Assembly: GCF_964213995.1 (NCBI RefSeq)
Contig: NC_135830.1
Coordinates: 12,710,001-12,774,000, forward strand
Origin: Mustelus asterias
Taxonomy: Eukaryota
DNA length: 64,000 bases
Reading direction: 5' to 3'
Shown: positions 28,354 through 42,096 of the stretch, one piece after another
Layout of the letters: every line of letters starts with the position of its first letter
How positions within the stretch are numbered: the first letter of the stretch is position 1
Made by a program: the position numbers and the translations under genes
Notes under the pieces: generated by a model
Told to the model about the DNA's origin: nothing
What the model saw: only the letters and a program-made list of their open reading frames with translations
Database searches by the model: none

Positions 28354-31112
28354 TAGAACATAGAAAACCTACAGCACAAACAGGTCCTTCGGTCAACAAG
28401 TTGCGCCGAACAATTTCCTTCCCTTCTAGGCGCATCTATAACCCTCTATCTTACCAACCTCCATGAACCGATGCAAAAGTCTCTTAAAATACTCTATCCA
28501 ATCCGCTTCCACCACCACTACCGGCAGCCGATTCTACGCACCCACCACCCTCTGAGTGAAAAAGTTACCCCTAACATCTCCTCTATACCTACTCCCCAGC
28601 AGCCTAAACCTGTGGCCTCTCGTGACAACCATTTCAGCCCTGGGTAAAAGCCTCTGAGAATCCACTCTATCAATACGTCTCAACATCTTATACACATCTA
28701 ACAGGTCACCTCTCATCCTTCACCTCTCCAAGGAGAATAGACCTAGCTCTCTCAACCTATCCTGATAAGGCATACCACTTCATCCTGGCAACATCCTCGT
28801 AATTCTCCTCTGCTCCCGTTCTATGGCTTCCACATCCTTTCTGTAATGAGGCGACCAGAACTGGGCACAGTACTCCAGGTGAGGTCTGACCAGGGTCCTA
28901 TACAGCTGCTGCATTATCTCCCGATTTCTAAACTCAATTCCTCTATTGATGAATGCCAGTATTCCATACCTTCTTAACCACAGCCTTGACCTGCTACGCC
29001 GCTTTGAGCGTCCTATGAACCCGGACCCCAAGATCCCTCTGTTCTTCCACACTGCCAAGCGTCTTACCCTTAATATCCTATTCTTCCATCCTAGTCGACC
29101 TGCCAAAATGAACCACCACACACTTATCTGTGTTGAAGTCCATCTGCCACTTCTCCGTCCAGTCATGCATCTTATCAATGACTCATTGTAACTGCTGACA
29201 TCCCTCTACACTATCCACAACACCTCCAACCTTTGTGTCATCAGCAAACTTGCCAACTCATCCTTCCACTTCCTCATCCCGGTCATTTATAAAAATCACA
29301 AAGAGCAAGGCTCCCACTGGTGACCGACCTCCACTCTGAAAAAGACCCATCTACAACCACTCTTTGCCTTCTGTGGGCAAGCCAGTTCTGAATCCACAAA
29401 GCACCGTCCCCTTGTATCCCATGCCCCTTCACTTTCTCCATAAGCCTTGCATGGGACACCTTATCAAACACCTTACTGAAATCCATATAAACCACATCTA
29501 CGCTCTCCCCTCGTCTACGTGTCTAGTCACACCTTCAAAAAACTCAATCAGGCTCGTAAGGCATGATCTGCCTCGGACAAAGCCGTACTGGCTACTTCTG
29601 ATCATACTATTCCTTTTCCAAATGTTCATACATCCTGCCTCTCAGGATCTTCTCCATCAACTTACCTGCCACTGAGGTTAGACTCACTGGTCTATAATTT
29701 CCTGGGCTATTCTTCTCCCTGTCTTGAATAACGGAACTACATCCGCCATCCTCCAATCCTCTGGAACCTCTCCCGTCTCCATTGACAACGCAAAGATTAT
29801 CGCCAGAGGATCAGCAATCTCTTCCCTCGCCTCCCACAGTAACCTGGGATACATCCCATCTGGTCCCGGCGATTTATCTAACGTGATGCTTTTCAACAGC
29901 TCCAACACATCTTCTTTCCTAATGCCCACATGCTCAATCTTCTCAGTCCACTGCAAGTCTGCACTGCAACTACCAAGATCCTTTTCCACTATGAATACTG
30001 AAACAAAGTATTCATTGAGTACCTCTGCTATTTCTACCGGTTCAATGCAGACTTTCCCACCGTCACATTAGATAGGTCCTACTCCTTCACATCTTATCCT
30101 CTTGCTGTTCACATACTTGTAGAATGCCTTGGGGTTTTCCTTTATCCTGTCTGTCAAGGCCTTCTCATGTCCCCTCCTGGCTCTTCTAATTTCCCTCTTT
30201 AGTTCCTTCTTATTAGTCGTATACTCTTCTAGATTTCTAACATTACCCAGCTCCCTCAACGTTTTGTCGGCTTTTCTTTTCTTCCTGACTAAATCCGTTA
30301 CAGCTTTCGTGCACCACGGTTCCTGTAACCTACCATAACTCCCCTGTTGCACCGGAACATTGCTGTGCAGAGCTCCAGACAAATTTTCCTTGAACATTTG
30401 CCACATTTCTTACGTACATTTCCCTGAGAAAACCTCCTTCCAATTTATGCCTCTAATTTCCCGCCTAATAGCATCATAGTTGTCCTTACTCCAGATAAAC
30501 ACTTTCCTAGCTCCGTTGATCCTATCGCTCTCCAATGGTAGCGTAAAGGAGATAGAGTTTTGATCACTATCACCAATATGCTCTCCCACTGATAGATCTG
30601 ACAACTGCCCAGGTTCATTCCCTAATATCAAATCAAGCACAGCCTCTCCTCTTGTAGGCTTATCCACATATTGCGTCAGGAAGCTCTCCTGTGCACACTG
30701 AACAAACTCCTCTCCATCTAAACCCCTTACCCTAGGGATATTCCAATCGATATTTGGGAAATTAAAATCTCCCATCACGACCACTCTGTTATTATCACAT
30801 CTCTCCAGAATCTGCTTCCCAATCTGCTCGTGCACATCTCTGCTACTATTGGGCGGCCTATAGAAAACACCCAGTAAAGTTACCGACCCCTTCCTGTTCC
30901 TAACCTCCACCCACAGAGATTCCGTAGACATTCCTTCCGTGGCATCCATCTTTTCTACAGCTGTGACACTATCCCTGATCAACAGTGCCACTCCCCCACC
31001 TCTTTTGCCTCCTTCTCTGTCCCTCCTGAAACATCTGAAACCCGGCACTTGAAGTACCCAGTCCTGACCCTGAGATAACCAAGTCTCTGTAATGGCCACC
31101 ACATCACAGTTC
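28354..31112 (-). mobile_element. CR1 LINE ORF2 (APE and RT), frameshifted
   Basis: DVVAITETWL, MGDFNFP, DKSPGPDG, YMDFSK and LVRPHLEYC spread over several frames; TTCTATG tail at the 28354 end. Confidence 0.93.
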
Positions 31113-31437
31113 CAAGAGTGCTGAGACAGGGAGGGAGGGAGAACCCAGCCCATCCTAGTGCTCTAACAGACTCTGTCTCTCCTCCTCCGTTCACTGAATG
31201 ATGCTCTGCGTGATGCGGCCAGGTGGCGCAGGAGGAAATGGAAAATACATCCGAAAACACAATCTCCTGTGAAAACCCAGTTACCTCAATCGCAACATTA
31301 TGACAGCAGCGGAATTGCACTAGGCACGAGCTCTTCTCCTGCTGTAATCTCGATGTCAACCCGTTTCTCACTTTACTGCAACAGATGACAGCAGTAAATC
31401 GAACTGCTATTCCAGAGGTTTTGTTGGGAGAGTCAGA

Positions 31438-31855
31438 ATGGATCCCATGTCGTCCCGTCGTCTCATTATATTGTGGTTTGTACTCGGTACGTATGGCCGT
31501 ATGTACTCATGTCGTACTTCCATCACAACCCACTGTTCATTTTTATTTCAGGGAGGATTCGCGCAGATTCGGTATCACAATCCAAGACAGAACTCTACGT
31601 GACTGGAGGAGACAGTGTGATTACAGGCTGTCCTTACAAAACAAATCTTTTTAATCCTGATCTGTATTGGCACAGACAGCACACAAACTACTTTCTGAGT
31701 TTTAGTTTGCTTCAGGATAACAATCGAAGAACAATCGCAGTTTTTACCAGGGGAAGATTCGAGGCTGGTCAGACGAAGACAGAAAAGAGATTTCCCTTAA
31801 AGATCATTCGAACAGAAATCCAGAACACTGCCTTCTATTTCGATGGGTTGAAGAT
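31438..31855 (+). pseudogene. TCR alpha/delta-type V pseudogene: leader exon 31438-31486, V exon 31552-31855
   Basis: Leader MDPMSSRRLIILWFVL-G|gtacgt; acceptor tttcag|; V DSVSQS..GC..LYWHRQ..GRF..TAFYFD with the second Cys lost; heptamer mutated. Confidence 0.8.
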
Positions 31856-31894
31856 CGCAGTGGTTGAAAACTTATCTGTCTCTGAACAAAAATC
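31856..31894 (+). promoter_or_regulatory. Defective 23-RSS (CGCAGTG-23-ACAAAAATC)
   Basis: Exact 23-nt spacer and near-consensus nonamer; the essential CAC reads CGC. Confidence 0.85.
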
Positions 31895-32180
31895 TCAGGG
31901 CTGACGAACAGGCGTTCTCTCAAGATCACAGGAACCTTCGTTGCTCTGTAAGTGACTGTCCTGTTCAGAATCTGTTAGTCCTGCTTCTGAGTTACAAAGT
32001 TTTAGGGTCAAGGCTCACTCCTGAGACTCCAGCCTGTAATCCAGGCTGTTGCCGAGTGGCAGCACCGAGGGCGTGCCAGCAATGGTTGTCATATTTCGCA
32101 TCAGACATTAATCTTAGGGACACACACTTCATTTATGTAAAATATCCCAGACCACTATTTTAGAAAATCATTGCAGATTT

Positions 32181-32950
32181 CATAGAATCATAGAACCATA
32201 CAGTGCAGGAGAGGCCCTTCTGTCCATCGAGTCTGTACTGACACGCTAGAAACACTTGACGTTCCACTTACCAGCAATTGGTCCATAGGCTTGAATGTTA
32301 TGATGTGCGAAATGTTCATCCAGGTAATTTTTAAAGGATGTGAGACAACTCGCCTCCACCACCCTCCCAGGCAACGCATTCCAGACAGTCAACTCCCTCC
32401 AGTTAAAAAAGAAATTCTCACATCCCTCCTCAACCTTCGCCCCCTCACCTTGAACCTGTGTCCCTTCGTGACTGACCCTTCAAATAAGAGGAACGGCTGC
32501 TCCCTATCCACTCTGTCCATGGCCCTTATAACCTTGTACACCTCGATCAGGTCGCCCCTCAGTCTTCCATGCTCCAATGAAAACAACACAAGCCGACGGA
32601 AACTCTTCATAACGTAAATGTTCCATCCCAGGCAGCATCCTGGTGAAACTCCTCTGCATCCCGTCCAGTGCAATCATATCCTTCCGATAATGTGGCACCC
32701 AGAACTGCACACAATACTCTAGCTTGGGCCCTAACCAACTCGACACAACTTCCACATGACCTCCCTCCTTTTTTAATCTATGCCTCGATTGATAAAGGCA
32801 ATTGTCCCATTTGCCTCTTTCAGCACCCTACTAACATGTCCTTTCGTCGTCAGAGATCTGTGCAGAACCACGCCAAGGTCCCTTTGTTCCACTGAACTTC
32901 CTGGTGTCATGCCATTAATTAAATATTTCCTTCTCAACTTATTCCTTCCA
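32181..32950 (-). mobile_element. Degenerate CR1 3' fragment
   Basis: LEYCVQFW and RLRGDLIEVYK in broken frames; TTCTATG tail. Confidence 0.85.
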
Positions 32951-34094
32951 TCTGTCCTGGGCCTGTCATTCGCTCTCAAGCAGCATCACTGAAAATATCA
33001 GATAGATTGTTGTTGTTGGAATTTGTTGTGCGAGTTGTGGCCAGAGAGGCGCCGACAACAATGATTTCAGCAACAATAGCGGCAATATTAGCTTCAACAG
33101 CAATTGTGACAATCAGAGTCAAGCATGCTGGAATTGATGTTCAAGTTATAATCAAAAACAGATTCAATTCATAAAGTTGCTGCAAGCTGTGACCACGTAC
33201 CGTTAAAATGAGTTAGCTTAATTAACTTTCATCAAGCTTACTCCTCCAAATATGATTTACAAATCTTCTCTATAACAAAACTTTAGATGACCGAGTTTTC
33301 TGTGGGAAAATTAAATAAATACAATGCAGGATGGCAATTATTTCACCCAAAACAATAAAACTAAAAGTCCACGATGAATTCCGTGCGTGAAAATTGTTTC
33401 GCTTGCTGTTTGTAGATGGGAAAAGGGGTTCATTGTATCACTTGTTATAGCATATTAACCTCAGTTATCATTTGTCATTTCTGTGAAATCCATCCTGTGT
33501 TCGGTGAGTGTGAGAGCAAAACGGTCACAGTGACTTCAGATATTTCAGATGTCCATCTAGTAAAAAGAATTAGGCCGTAGGAAAGTATTTTGATGACCAC
33601 TCATGATCAAATATGAAGGGCGGAGTAGACTCAAAATGTTGAATGGCTTACTCATGCTTCTATTTTCTGTTTCCAAAACTCTCAGAAGGAAATACGTGCC
33701 GAACTAATCTGATATCTGTGAGCAAGAAGTAATTGGGCACCTGGCAGAAATCGGAAGAGACGGTCTTTGAATTTGAGATTAGAGCCCAGATCAATATCTC
33801 CCCTCACCTGCTGTTCTTGATGTAGACACAAAGGCATGGTTTGCGGGAGGTGGATGTAACCATGAAATGAGCAAGCAGAGTTTGGCTCAGTATATTATGG
33901 AATCATCCCCCTTGCCAATGGTGCAATGTGGAGGTAACCAACAGTGAGCGAATCTGTTTGTTCACCGGCCTGTAACTAAGGTGCAGGCTCTAACTTAATT
34001 ATTCCTCTGGAGACGCTCACTCAGAATAAATGTGAGACGCTATGAAACCACCGCAGAGCTCAGGTTTAAGCTTCATTTCACTTCCTGGGAGAGG

Positions 34095-36276
34095 ATGCAT
34101 GGACCAGCGAAAGGTCTCTTCTTCGCCATTTTTTATCCCATTCTCGCTGCCATTGGTGTTCCTGGTAGGTGAAAGATCCCAAATAATTCTCATGACTTGA
34201 AATGTATGGCGTTGCATAAACATTAACCTTTTATTGTTGAAAATTCGGTTTTATTCGAATGTAGTAAAATGCTATCTAGTGTTTTCAGTGTTTTGCACGA
34301 TAAAGTCTATAAAGTGACCTATATTTCATCCACTGGTATGCACAGTCTCAAAAAATGAGCTATCGCAATCTAATAATTCAATTAGATGCATTGACATAGA
34401 ACATTCATTCACTGCTTACATGAACCTATGCTGTGACCTCCAGCAGTTAGTAATCGTTGATTTGTAGTGAGGCGGCACTGGGCTGCCCACATCGTTACTG
34501 AGGTTTTAAGAACTCATTATTGAAACTTTTGAAAAAGGTGTGGGGGTTATGCATTATGCATGTTGCCTTGTGTTCGTAAGTCTGGTAAATTTCGGATAAT
34601 TATATTTTTAATCACTAGCTGTATGCATGTAGATATGGCAAGGCGAATATGTCTTGTCCATATCTAGCTTTCATTTGAGAAGGCGATGTAGCGTTTGTTT
34701 CTTGAAACACTCGGATAAGTAGAATGGGGATACTTCAGAAGACTTTAACAAATCAACTTTATATTGACCGACAAAATGACTTAGAATTGTTCAACGAATT
34801 TATTTTCTAAGGATCGTCCTGAAGCACAAAGGGAAAGTTTAGTCTTTGAAAGAAGGAGTTCCAGAGGTTAGGGTCTCAGCAGGTAAAGGCACACTGAAAA
34901 GATCAAATCAGGGGCATGGAAGTCCATATTCTGAGATATGGTGTGATCTCAGATAGTTGTAGTATGTTACCAAAATCTGGAAAGGCAAGATTATGGAGGG
35001 ATTTATAATTCGAAGGACGAGATAATAAAAACAGAGACGCAGCCTGAATGGCAGCCGATAGGGCTGATGGATGGATGGGATTGGTACGGATAAGAACAAC
35101 GACAGCAAATTTTCAGAGAATCTGAAATTTGACAGTTATCTGAGGGGATCAACTCAGTGACCAGGGGGCAGAGTTACAATTTGGACTGATTGCAATGTCT
35201 CCTGATTTAAAATAACTTTAATCCAGTTTTGAATGTCGTACCATTGCCAAAGACTTTGCAATCACTGGAATCTGGAGTTGGCAAAGTGAAGGATGAGGAT
35301 GTTTTCAGTAACTGATTGGATGGCGCAGCAGATGGTGTTTAGAGCCCTCTCGGTAACACCTCTCTCTGTCTCTTTCTATCTCACAGCCAACTTGGTGACG
35401 ATCGTAATCTTATCCCGAGGACGTTGCGGACTGTCACGCTGCATCACCTACTACCTGATCGCGATAGCATTGACTGATTTCCTTGTCATCATCACCACCA
35501 TAATCCTCAACCGGATTGGCCGCATCTACTTTCAGAACAGCGTCCTGTCTACCACCCCCGCATGCACACTCAGCAATCTGCTGGTCTATTTTGCCCGGGA
35601 TATGTCCGTCTGGTTGACAGTGGCTTTCACCATCGACCGTTTTGTGGCCATCTGCTGCCAGAGCCTGAAGACCAGATACTGCACCGATAAAACATCATTG
35701 CTGGTCATAGGAATAGTCTGTGCCCTGAGCTGTGTCAGGAATGTCCCTTTCTACTTCACTTACCAGCCCTTGTACACCCTGCACGGGGTGCCCTGGTTCT
35801 GTGCTTTTAAGTCCAGCTATTACACGCTGCCCGCCTGGCAGGCCTATGACTGGCTGGACTGCATCTTAACTCCGTTTCTCCCGTTCTTCCTCATCCTGCT
35901 TCTTAACGCTCTAACCGTAAAACACATCTTAGCGGCCAGCAGAGCCCGCAGGAGACTCCGGGGCACTGAGAGTCACAGGGACCCAGAGATGGCCAACCGC
36001 AAGAGGTCCATCATCCTGCTCTTCGCCATCGCCCTCAGCTTCCTCCTCCTCTGGTTCACCTTTATCGCACACTTCCTCTATGTGCGGATTACAGGTGAGG
36101 GCTACCGCACCAGCCTGGATTTCAAAGACCCACGGTACATTTTTCAGGAAGCAGCAAACATGCTCCAGCTAGTCAGTTCCTGCAACAACGTCTTCATCTA
36201 CGCAGTCGCCCAGACCAAGTTCCGAGAGGACCTGAAGAAGGTTCTGCTCTGCCCCTTCACCACGCTCACTGGCTAA
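34095..36276 (+). CDS. Class A GPCR, GPR139/GPR142-like. Exon 1 34095-34164, exon 2 35387-36276; 319 aa
   Basis: Exon 1 MHGPAKGLFFAIFYPILAAIGVP-G|gtaggt splices in phase 1 to cag|CC AAC (ANLVTIVILSRGRCGLS). Seven hydrophobic segments, IDRFVAIC, TM7 NVFIY, no stops. Confidence 0.88.
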
Positions 36277-36469
36277 AACACACATCAGCACGTGCTTGGG
36301 TTTCATCAAATTAGATCAATGTGTACTCCGTCTCTCTGGAAACAGACACTACTGGGCTTCAGATACAGGACTTGAGAGATGTAAGGCTCATAATACAGTG
36401 CCCACAGCCCCCGTTGTTGCTCTGAATGAATGATGAGTTATCACAGTTGCTAACTTCCTGGAGGAGATA

Positions 36470-38270
36470 ATGTAGTGATGGAGATTTCCAGCATTGAAAG
36501 AGGCCCTTCGGCCATAAAACACCTATCTAATCAAATCCCATTTTGCAACAGTTGGTTCGCTTCCTTGCATGCTATGACGGTTCAAGTGCTAAATGCTTCT
36601 TAAATGTGAGGGTTCTTTCCCCTGCCATACTTTCAGGCAGTGAGTTCCCGATTCCCGCCACCTTCTGGTTAAAAACTGTTTCCGCAGGTCCCCTTTCAAT
36701 ATCATGCTCCTTTCCTTAGATCTATGCCGCTGGTTATTGACACCTTTACTAAGGGGAATAATTATTCTCATCTCGCTTATCTATATCCCTCATAGTTTGG
36801 TACAAATCAGCGAGGGTCCTCTCAGTCTTCTCCACTTTAAGGAAAATAACCCCAGCCTATCCAGCCTCTTTTCATCGCTGCAAACTTCAGCCCAGGCAGC
36901 ATTCTGTTGAATCCCCTTAACATCCTTTCTAATACAATCACATCTGTATGTGTAGCGAACCGAAATGCCCCGTGGCATAATGAGAGTTTTATACAGCTCC
37001 AGCATAAATTCTGTGCTCTTTTCACCTATGCCTCTGCTAATAAAGGCAAGTACACCATGTGATCTCTTAACCACTTCATCTGTCCTGCTGCCTTCACGGA
37101 TCTTTGGATATGGACCACAAGGACTCTATGGTCCTCTGTACATCCAAACGTCCTGCCGTTCATTGTGCATTCCCATGACTTGTAAGCCCTCCCGGAATGT
37201 ATGACGTTATGCTTTTGAGAGTTCAATTCCATTTGCCTCTTTTCTGCCCATCTGACCAGCCCATCCGTATCATCCGGTAATCTATGGCTTTCCTCCTTCC
37301 CGTTCACCACAACACTATTTTTGTTTCATCTGCAATCTTACTGATCATATCCCCCCTCCAACCCCTCCCCTCCACCACCCCCCCGCCCCCCCCCCCCCGC
37401 CCCCACACCCCGCACCCTCACATTCACCTCAAGATCACTCATGTAGACGACAAACAGCAAGGGGCCCAGCATCGATCCCTGCCGTACACCACTGGACACA
37501 GGCTTCCAGTCACAAGAACAACATTCGACCATCATCCTCTACCTCCTGCCACTCAGCCAATTTTGGATCCAATTTGCCAAATTGCTCAGAATATCATGCG
37601 TTCTTACCTTCTTGATCACGCTCCCATGTGCGATCTTGTCAAAAGCCTGACGTCCATTTAGTCCACATTAACTGCACTTCTCTCATCTACAAACCTAGTC
37701 ACCTCTTCGAAAATTTCAATCATATTTGTTCGGCACGATCTCCCCTGACAAAGCCATGATGATTTCACTCGGTTAATCCTGTCTCACCAAGTGGTGATTA
37801 ATTCTGTCCCTCAGAAATGTGTCCAATAGTTTCTCTTCCCCTGACGTTAGACTCACAGGCCTGAAATGACCTGTTTTTCCCCCTGCATACTTTATTGAAT
37901 AATGGTGCCGCATTAATTGTCCTCCTACCCTCTGGCACCTCGGCTTTAGCCAGGGAGGTTATTACAATTAGTACCAGGTCCCTGCAATCTCCTACCTTGC
38001 CTCACACAGCTGCCGAGGATTGCGCCTGGAGATTTATCCACTTTTAAACCCGTTACAACGGCTAAGACCTCCTTCCTCTCAATATCAATCTGTTCAATTT
38101 CATCACAGACTTTTCCTTGTTTTATATACCTATATCCCGCTTCTCCACGTTGAACACATGCAAAATATCCATTTAATATCTTACCTACAGCTTCAGTTTC
38201 ACACACAGATTGCCACTTTGGCCCAACTGCTCCCATTCTTTCCCTGGCTACCTTCCTGTCCTTAAAATAC
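36470..38270 (-). mobile_element. Old, degenerate CR1 ORF2 fragment
   Basis: KVDKSPG, GVRQGSMLGPLLF, WAEKRQME and LGLFSL in broken frames. Confidence 0.8.
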
Positions 38271-38279
38271 TTACAAAAA

Positions 38280-38850
38280 AACACTGTGTCTGCCGTCCCA
38301 GATGGAATACACAAGGTTACCCCGTCGCAATTAGCAAAAAGAACAGAAAGTGGCCTCTCCAGCTTCCAGCTTCTTTATTTCACAACATTGATACACTTAT
38401 CTGTTCCATTTGCCTATTGTTAAAACAAATATTTGCCGCTGCATTTCGTACATTGCACCAGGAAAGTATTTAATTGGCTCCAGACAGCTTTCGGAGGTAT
38501 GTTTCTGACGATGTTAATCAACCACCGCCCAATCATGGGTGCTGACATTTTTGATAAAATTTCAAAGTAATCTTCAACATCGTGTACTCGCTCTTTCAAT
38601 ATCTCCCTTGTCTTCTCCATCCTCACCTCCAACAACAAGATTGAGGAGCTCATGGAGCTTTCTTGTCACTAAGACTGAGACAATCTGATTAGTTGCCTCT
38701 GCTACTTCCCTCCCTTCTACCAACCCATCGAAGAAAATAACTTCAGACATTCGAAGCTATCACGGTAATAATAGGCTTTCGGTTCCTGTAACATGTTCGA
38801 TTGAGCTTTTATTTTCCTGTAGTTGTTGAGGTATGGCCGCAATCAAAATG
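38280..38850 (-). mobile_element. Possible L1-type ORF1 remnant
   Basis: Coiled-coil-like LEVRMEKTREILKERVHDVEDY; resemblance only. Confidence 0.35.
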
Positions 38851-38854
38851 TAGA

Positions 38855-39170
38855 GGTGGTGGCCTGGAGGTATTGTCACTGGATTAGTTATCCAGAAACT
38901 CAGTGTAATTGGCTGCAGACACGTGTTCGAATCCTACGATGGCAGGTGGTGACAATTGAATTCAAAAATATGGAATTAAATGTCTAGTGACGACTATGAA
39001 ACGCCGTAAAAACCCACCTGGTTCATTGACGTCCTTTAGGGAAGGTAATGTCCTTACCTGGTCTAGCCAACATGTGACTCCAGACCCACAACAATGCAGT
39101 TCATTCTGAAATATTCTCCGAAATGGAGGGCAGTTGTGAATCGGCCAGCGATCCCCACATCCTCTGAACG
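38855..39170 (+). mobile_element. Non-HE1 SINE-like repeat (core GTCCTTTAGGGAAGG...CCTGGTCTGGCCTACATGTGACTCCAG)
   Basis: Related copies at ~51320-51700 (-), ~57060-57410 (+) and ~58585-58918 (-); B-box-like GTTCGAATCC. Confidence 0.7.
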
Positions 39171-40328
39171 CATTTTATGGAATCCCAATGTCACAGGAAT
39201 TTCTGTTTGGACTATTTACACATTCATGCTCTCGCTGTATCCATGGAAAGATAGAATCATAGGAATGATGGCACAGAAGGGGCCATTCGGCCGATTTTTT
39301 TCCATGCTGATCCAAAGACACCCTTTCTAATCCTAATTTCCTGCACACGGCCTATTGCCCTGCAAATTACAGCAGTTAAGGTGCAGGTCCAAGGACTTTA
39401 CAAACGAATTGAGTCAAGCATTCACCACGATGATTCAGTCTCAACATTTAAATGTTGCTCATTGTTGACCAACATTGTTCAGATGTTGCTACAAAGTAAG
39501 GAGCATTGAAACTTTCCATTTTCACGGAGACACTGAAGAATCTCCTCTCAAAATGAAACAGAAATCAATTCCTCTTTAATGATGTAAAATTATTGTTTTA
39601 TCTGAAAAGCACTTTTATATGATGCTGTTTACCTAATGTGAAAAAATATTTAGATTGGTAAAAATGGAGAACTGAGCTGCATTGACACAGTTGGATGAGC
39701 GCACAAAATCATGTACACCGGAAGTCAGCGAGGCCTCAGGAGAGACATGCATCTAGTACACAAGAAAGCCATTAACTTCGCTTAGTTGTTCTTCAATCGC
39801 TCAACTGTTCTTCAAATTATGATTTACAGCACAGTAGGTGACTCTTCCCCGCTGATTGAACAGTTAGTAAGTGCCTTGGCTGTTGTTTTTAACTGCAATG
39901 GTACATAAGCTAACGAGAAGATATAGGACATCTGAACTTTCGAGCCTTGGCCGATCCTCAATAACATCGGCAGGATTGGAACATGTGTGGGGAGTACTCC
40001 ATCACTCCCCGATGGATTTCTAATTGATCTCCAAAACCACCAGTCCTCAACTACATGCTCATGGCCATGCACGTGGTGTTCATATAATATCCTATTGGCT
40101 GCAGCAAAGCAGCTCGATATTCCGCCCATCTTGTCCATGTCAGTTCATTGGAAGATCAATTTAACTTGTCCTACACACGCTCCCTTTTCCACATCAATTC
40201 AAATTCGTGTTGTCTCTCCTTGTTCTCCACGTCAAATTAAAACATCGTACAATCCAGTTAAAATTATGCTGCTACTTATCCACTCCTGTCTTTATTGAAA
40301 AGACTTAAATTCTGAACAACAGAAACTT

Positions 40329-40410
40329 TGGCAGGAGTGGGAGTCAAAAACATGCGCCCATCAAGACTAGAATCGCCATCGAGTGCATTAGACCACTCAC
40401 CCATGTCACC
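40329..40410 (-). pseudogene. Degenerate tRNA-Leu-like pseudogene
   Basis: 82-nt GGTGACATGGGTGAGTGGTCTAATGCACTCGAT...GACTCCCACTCCTGCCA is colinear with vertebrate tRNA-Leu; anticodon arm and T-loop damaged. Confidence 0.6.
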
Positions 40411-40459
40411 AGGGAAACCACACCAACAACATTTGCCTTCAATTACATTGACATTGTAG

Positions 40460-40735
40460 CAGAATAAAGTTTATTTATTAGTCACAAGTAAGGCTTACAT
40501 TAACATTAACATTGCAATGAAGTTACTGTGAGATTCCCTTAGTCGCCACATTTCGGCGCTTGTTCAGGTCAATGCACCCTAACCAGCACGTCTTTGAAAC
40601 TGTGGGAGGAAACCGGAGCACCCGGAGGAAATCCACGCAGACACGGAGAGAACGTGCAAACTCCACACGGACGGTGACTGAAGCCGGGAATCGAATCTGA
40701 TGTTGTGAGACAGCAATACTAACCACTGTGCCACC
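40460..40735 (-). mobile_element. HE1-like tRNA-derived SINE, partial
   Basis: GGTGGCACAGTGGTTAGT...TGTGGAGTTTGCACGTTCTC core. Confidence 0.8.
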
Positions 40736-40739
40736 GATG

Positions 40740-41305
40740 TACACTAATCCCACTTTCCAGCATTTGGCCCAGAGCTTTGAATGTTATGGTATTTCCAGTG
40801 TTCATCCATTTTCATAGGGTGTGATGAATGCCGCATCTACTACACACCAAGGCAGTGCATTTCGGTCTCCCACCAACCTCTGAGTGAAAACATTTTCCTC
40901 AAAACCCCAGTAAACTTTCGGCACCTCACCTTAAAATTATGCCCCCTCTTTATTGACCCAGGGTAACAGCTGCTTCCTATCCACCTGGCCACGCTCCTCG
41001 TAACCTCATACACCTCAATCTTCATTCGGGAAAATATACAACAGTCTGAGGTCACGTACCAACCGACTCAAGAACAGCTTCTTCCGTGCGGCTGTCAGAC
41101 TTTTGAATGGAATTACCTTGCATTAAGTTGATCTTTCTCTACACCCTAGCTATGACTGTAACACCACATTCTGCACTCTCTCGTTTCCTTCTTTATGAAC
41201 AGTATGTTTTGTCTGTATAGCGTGCAAGAAACAATACTTTTCACTGTATGTTAATACATGTGACAATAATAAATCAAATCAGGTCCCTCCTCAGCCTTGT
41301 TGTGT
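40740..41305. mobile_element. CR1 3' fragment (-) interrupted by the 3' end of another LINE (+, ~41045-41280, AATAAATCAAATC tail)
   Basis: KIEVYEV..GHNFKVR on the minus strand; CGACTCAAGAACAGCTTCTTCC and tail on the plus strand. Confidence 0.6.
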
Positions 41306-41365
41306 CCCAAGAGAATAGTGGAGAACGTAAGTGTGTATCTTTATTGGAGAATTGGATATGAAATC

Positions 41366-41712
41366 GGGCGGCACGGTAGCACAGTGGTTAGCACTGCTGC
41401 TTCACAGCTCCCGGGACCTTGGTTCGATTCCCGGCTTGGGTCACTGTCTGTGTGGAGTTTGCACATTCTCCTCGTGTCTGCGTGGGTTTCCTCCGGGTGC
41501 TCCGTTTACCTCCCACAGTCCAAAGATGTGCGGGTTAGGTTGATTGGCCATGCTAAAATTGCCCTTAGTGTCCTGAGGTGCGTAGGTTAGAGGGATTAGC
41601 GGGCAAATATGTAGGGATATGGGGGTCGGGCCTGGGTGGGATTGTGGTCGGTGCAGACTCGATGGGCCGAATGGCCTCCTTCTGCACTGTCGGGTTTCTA
41701 TGATTTCTATGA
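41366..41712 (+). mobile_element. HE1 SINE, full length
   Basis: tRNA-like head GGGCGGCACGGTAGCACAGTGG..GGTTCGATTCCC; CR1-like tail ending TTTCTATGA. Confidence 0.92.
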
Positions 41713-42096
41713 AATTATTCGCATCACTTCTGTCCGGGCTCTGAGAATCTTTCCCATGGCTTGTGATTCCTGGTGTGTCAGCGTTCGTTTTGAATGTTGC
41801 GCCATGTCTGCCTTGGGAATATTTGATGGGACAATGCACAATTAACCACATGCTTCAATATATTGCATTGAGTCAGGCCAGCACACCCCTGCTCTGTAAT
41901 GGAAACCCATAAGTGAATGTGACAGGCTATTCATTGAATTAAGTCAGCAATGTGTTCTTGCTGACTGTGCCGTCAATCAGTTTCCACCACTTTATAACAA
42001 AAGGCAGGTGTAGTTGGAACACTGGATGACACAGCGACTCCTTCAATGAAGTGTCGTGGGTTCGATCAAAATCCAAATAGGATTGATTAAAAAGAC

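Noticed and set aside
35293-35386. ORF-track N-terminus MRMFSVTDW.. of the GPCR
   Set aside because: This is intron sequence (polypyrimidine tract and AG at 35385-35386); the start of TM1 comes from exon 1 at 34095.
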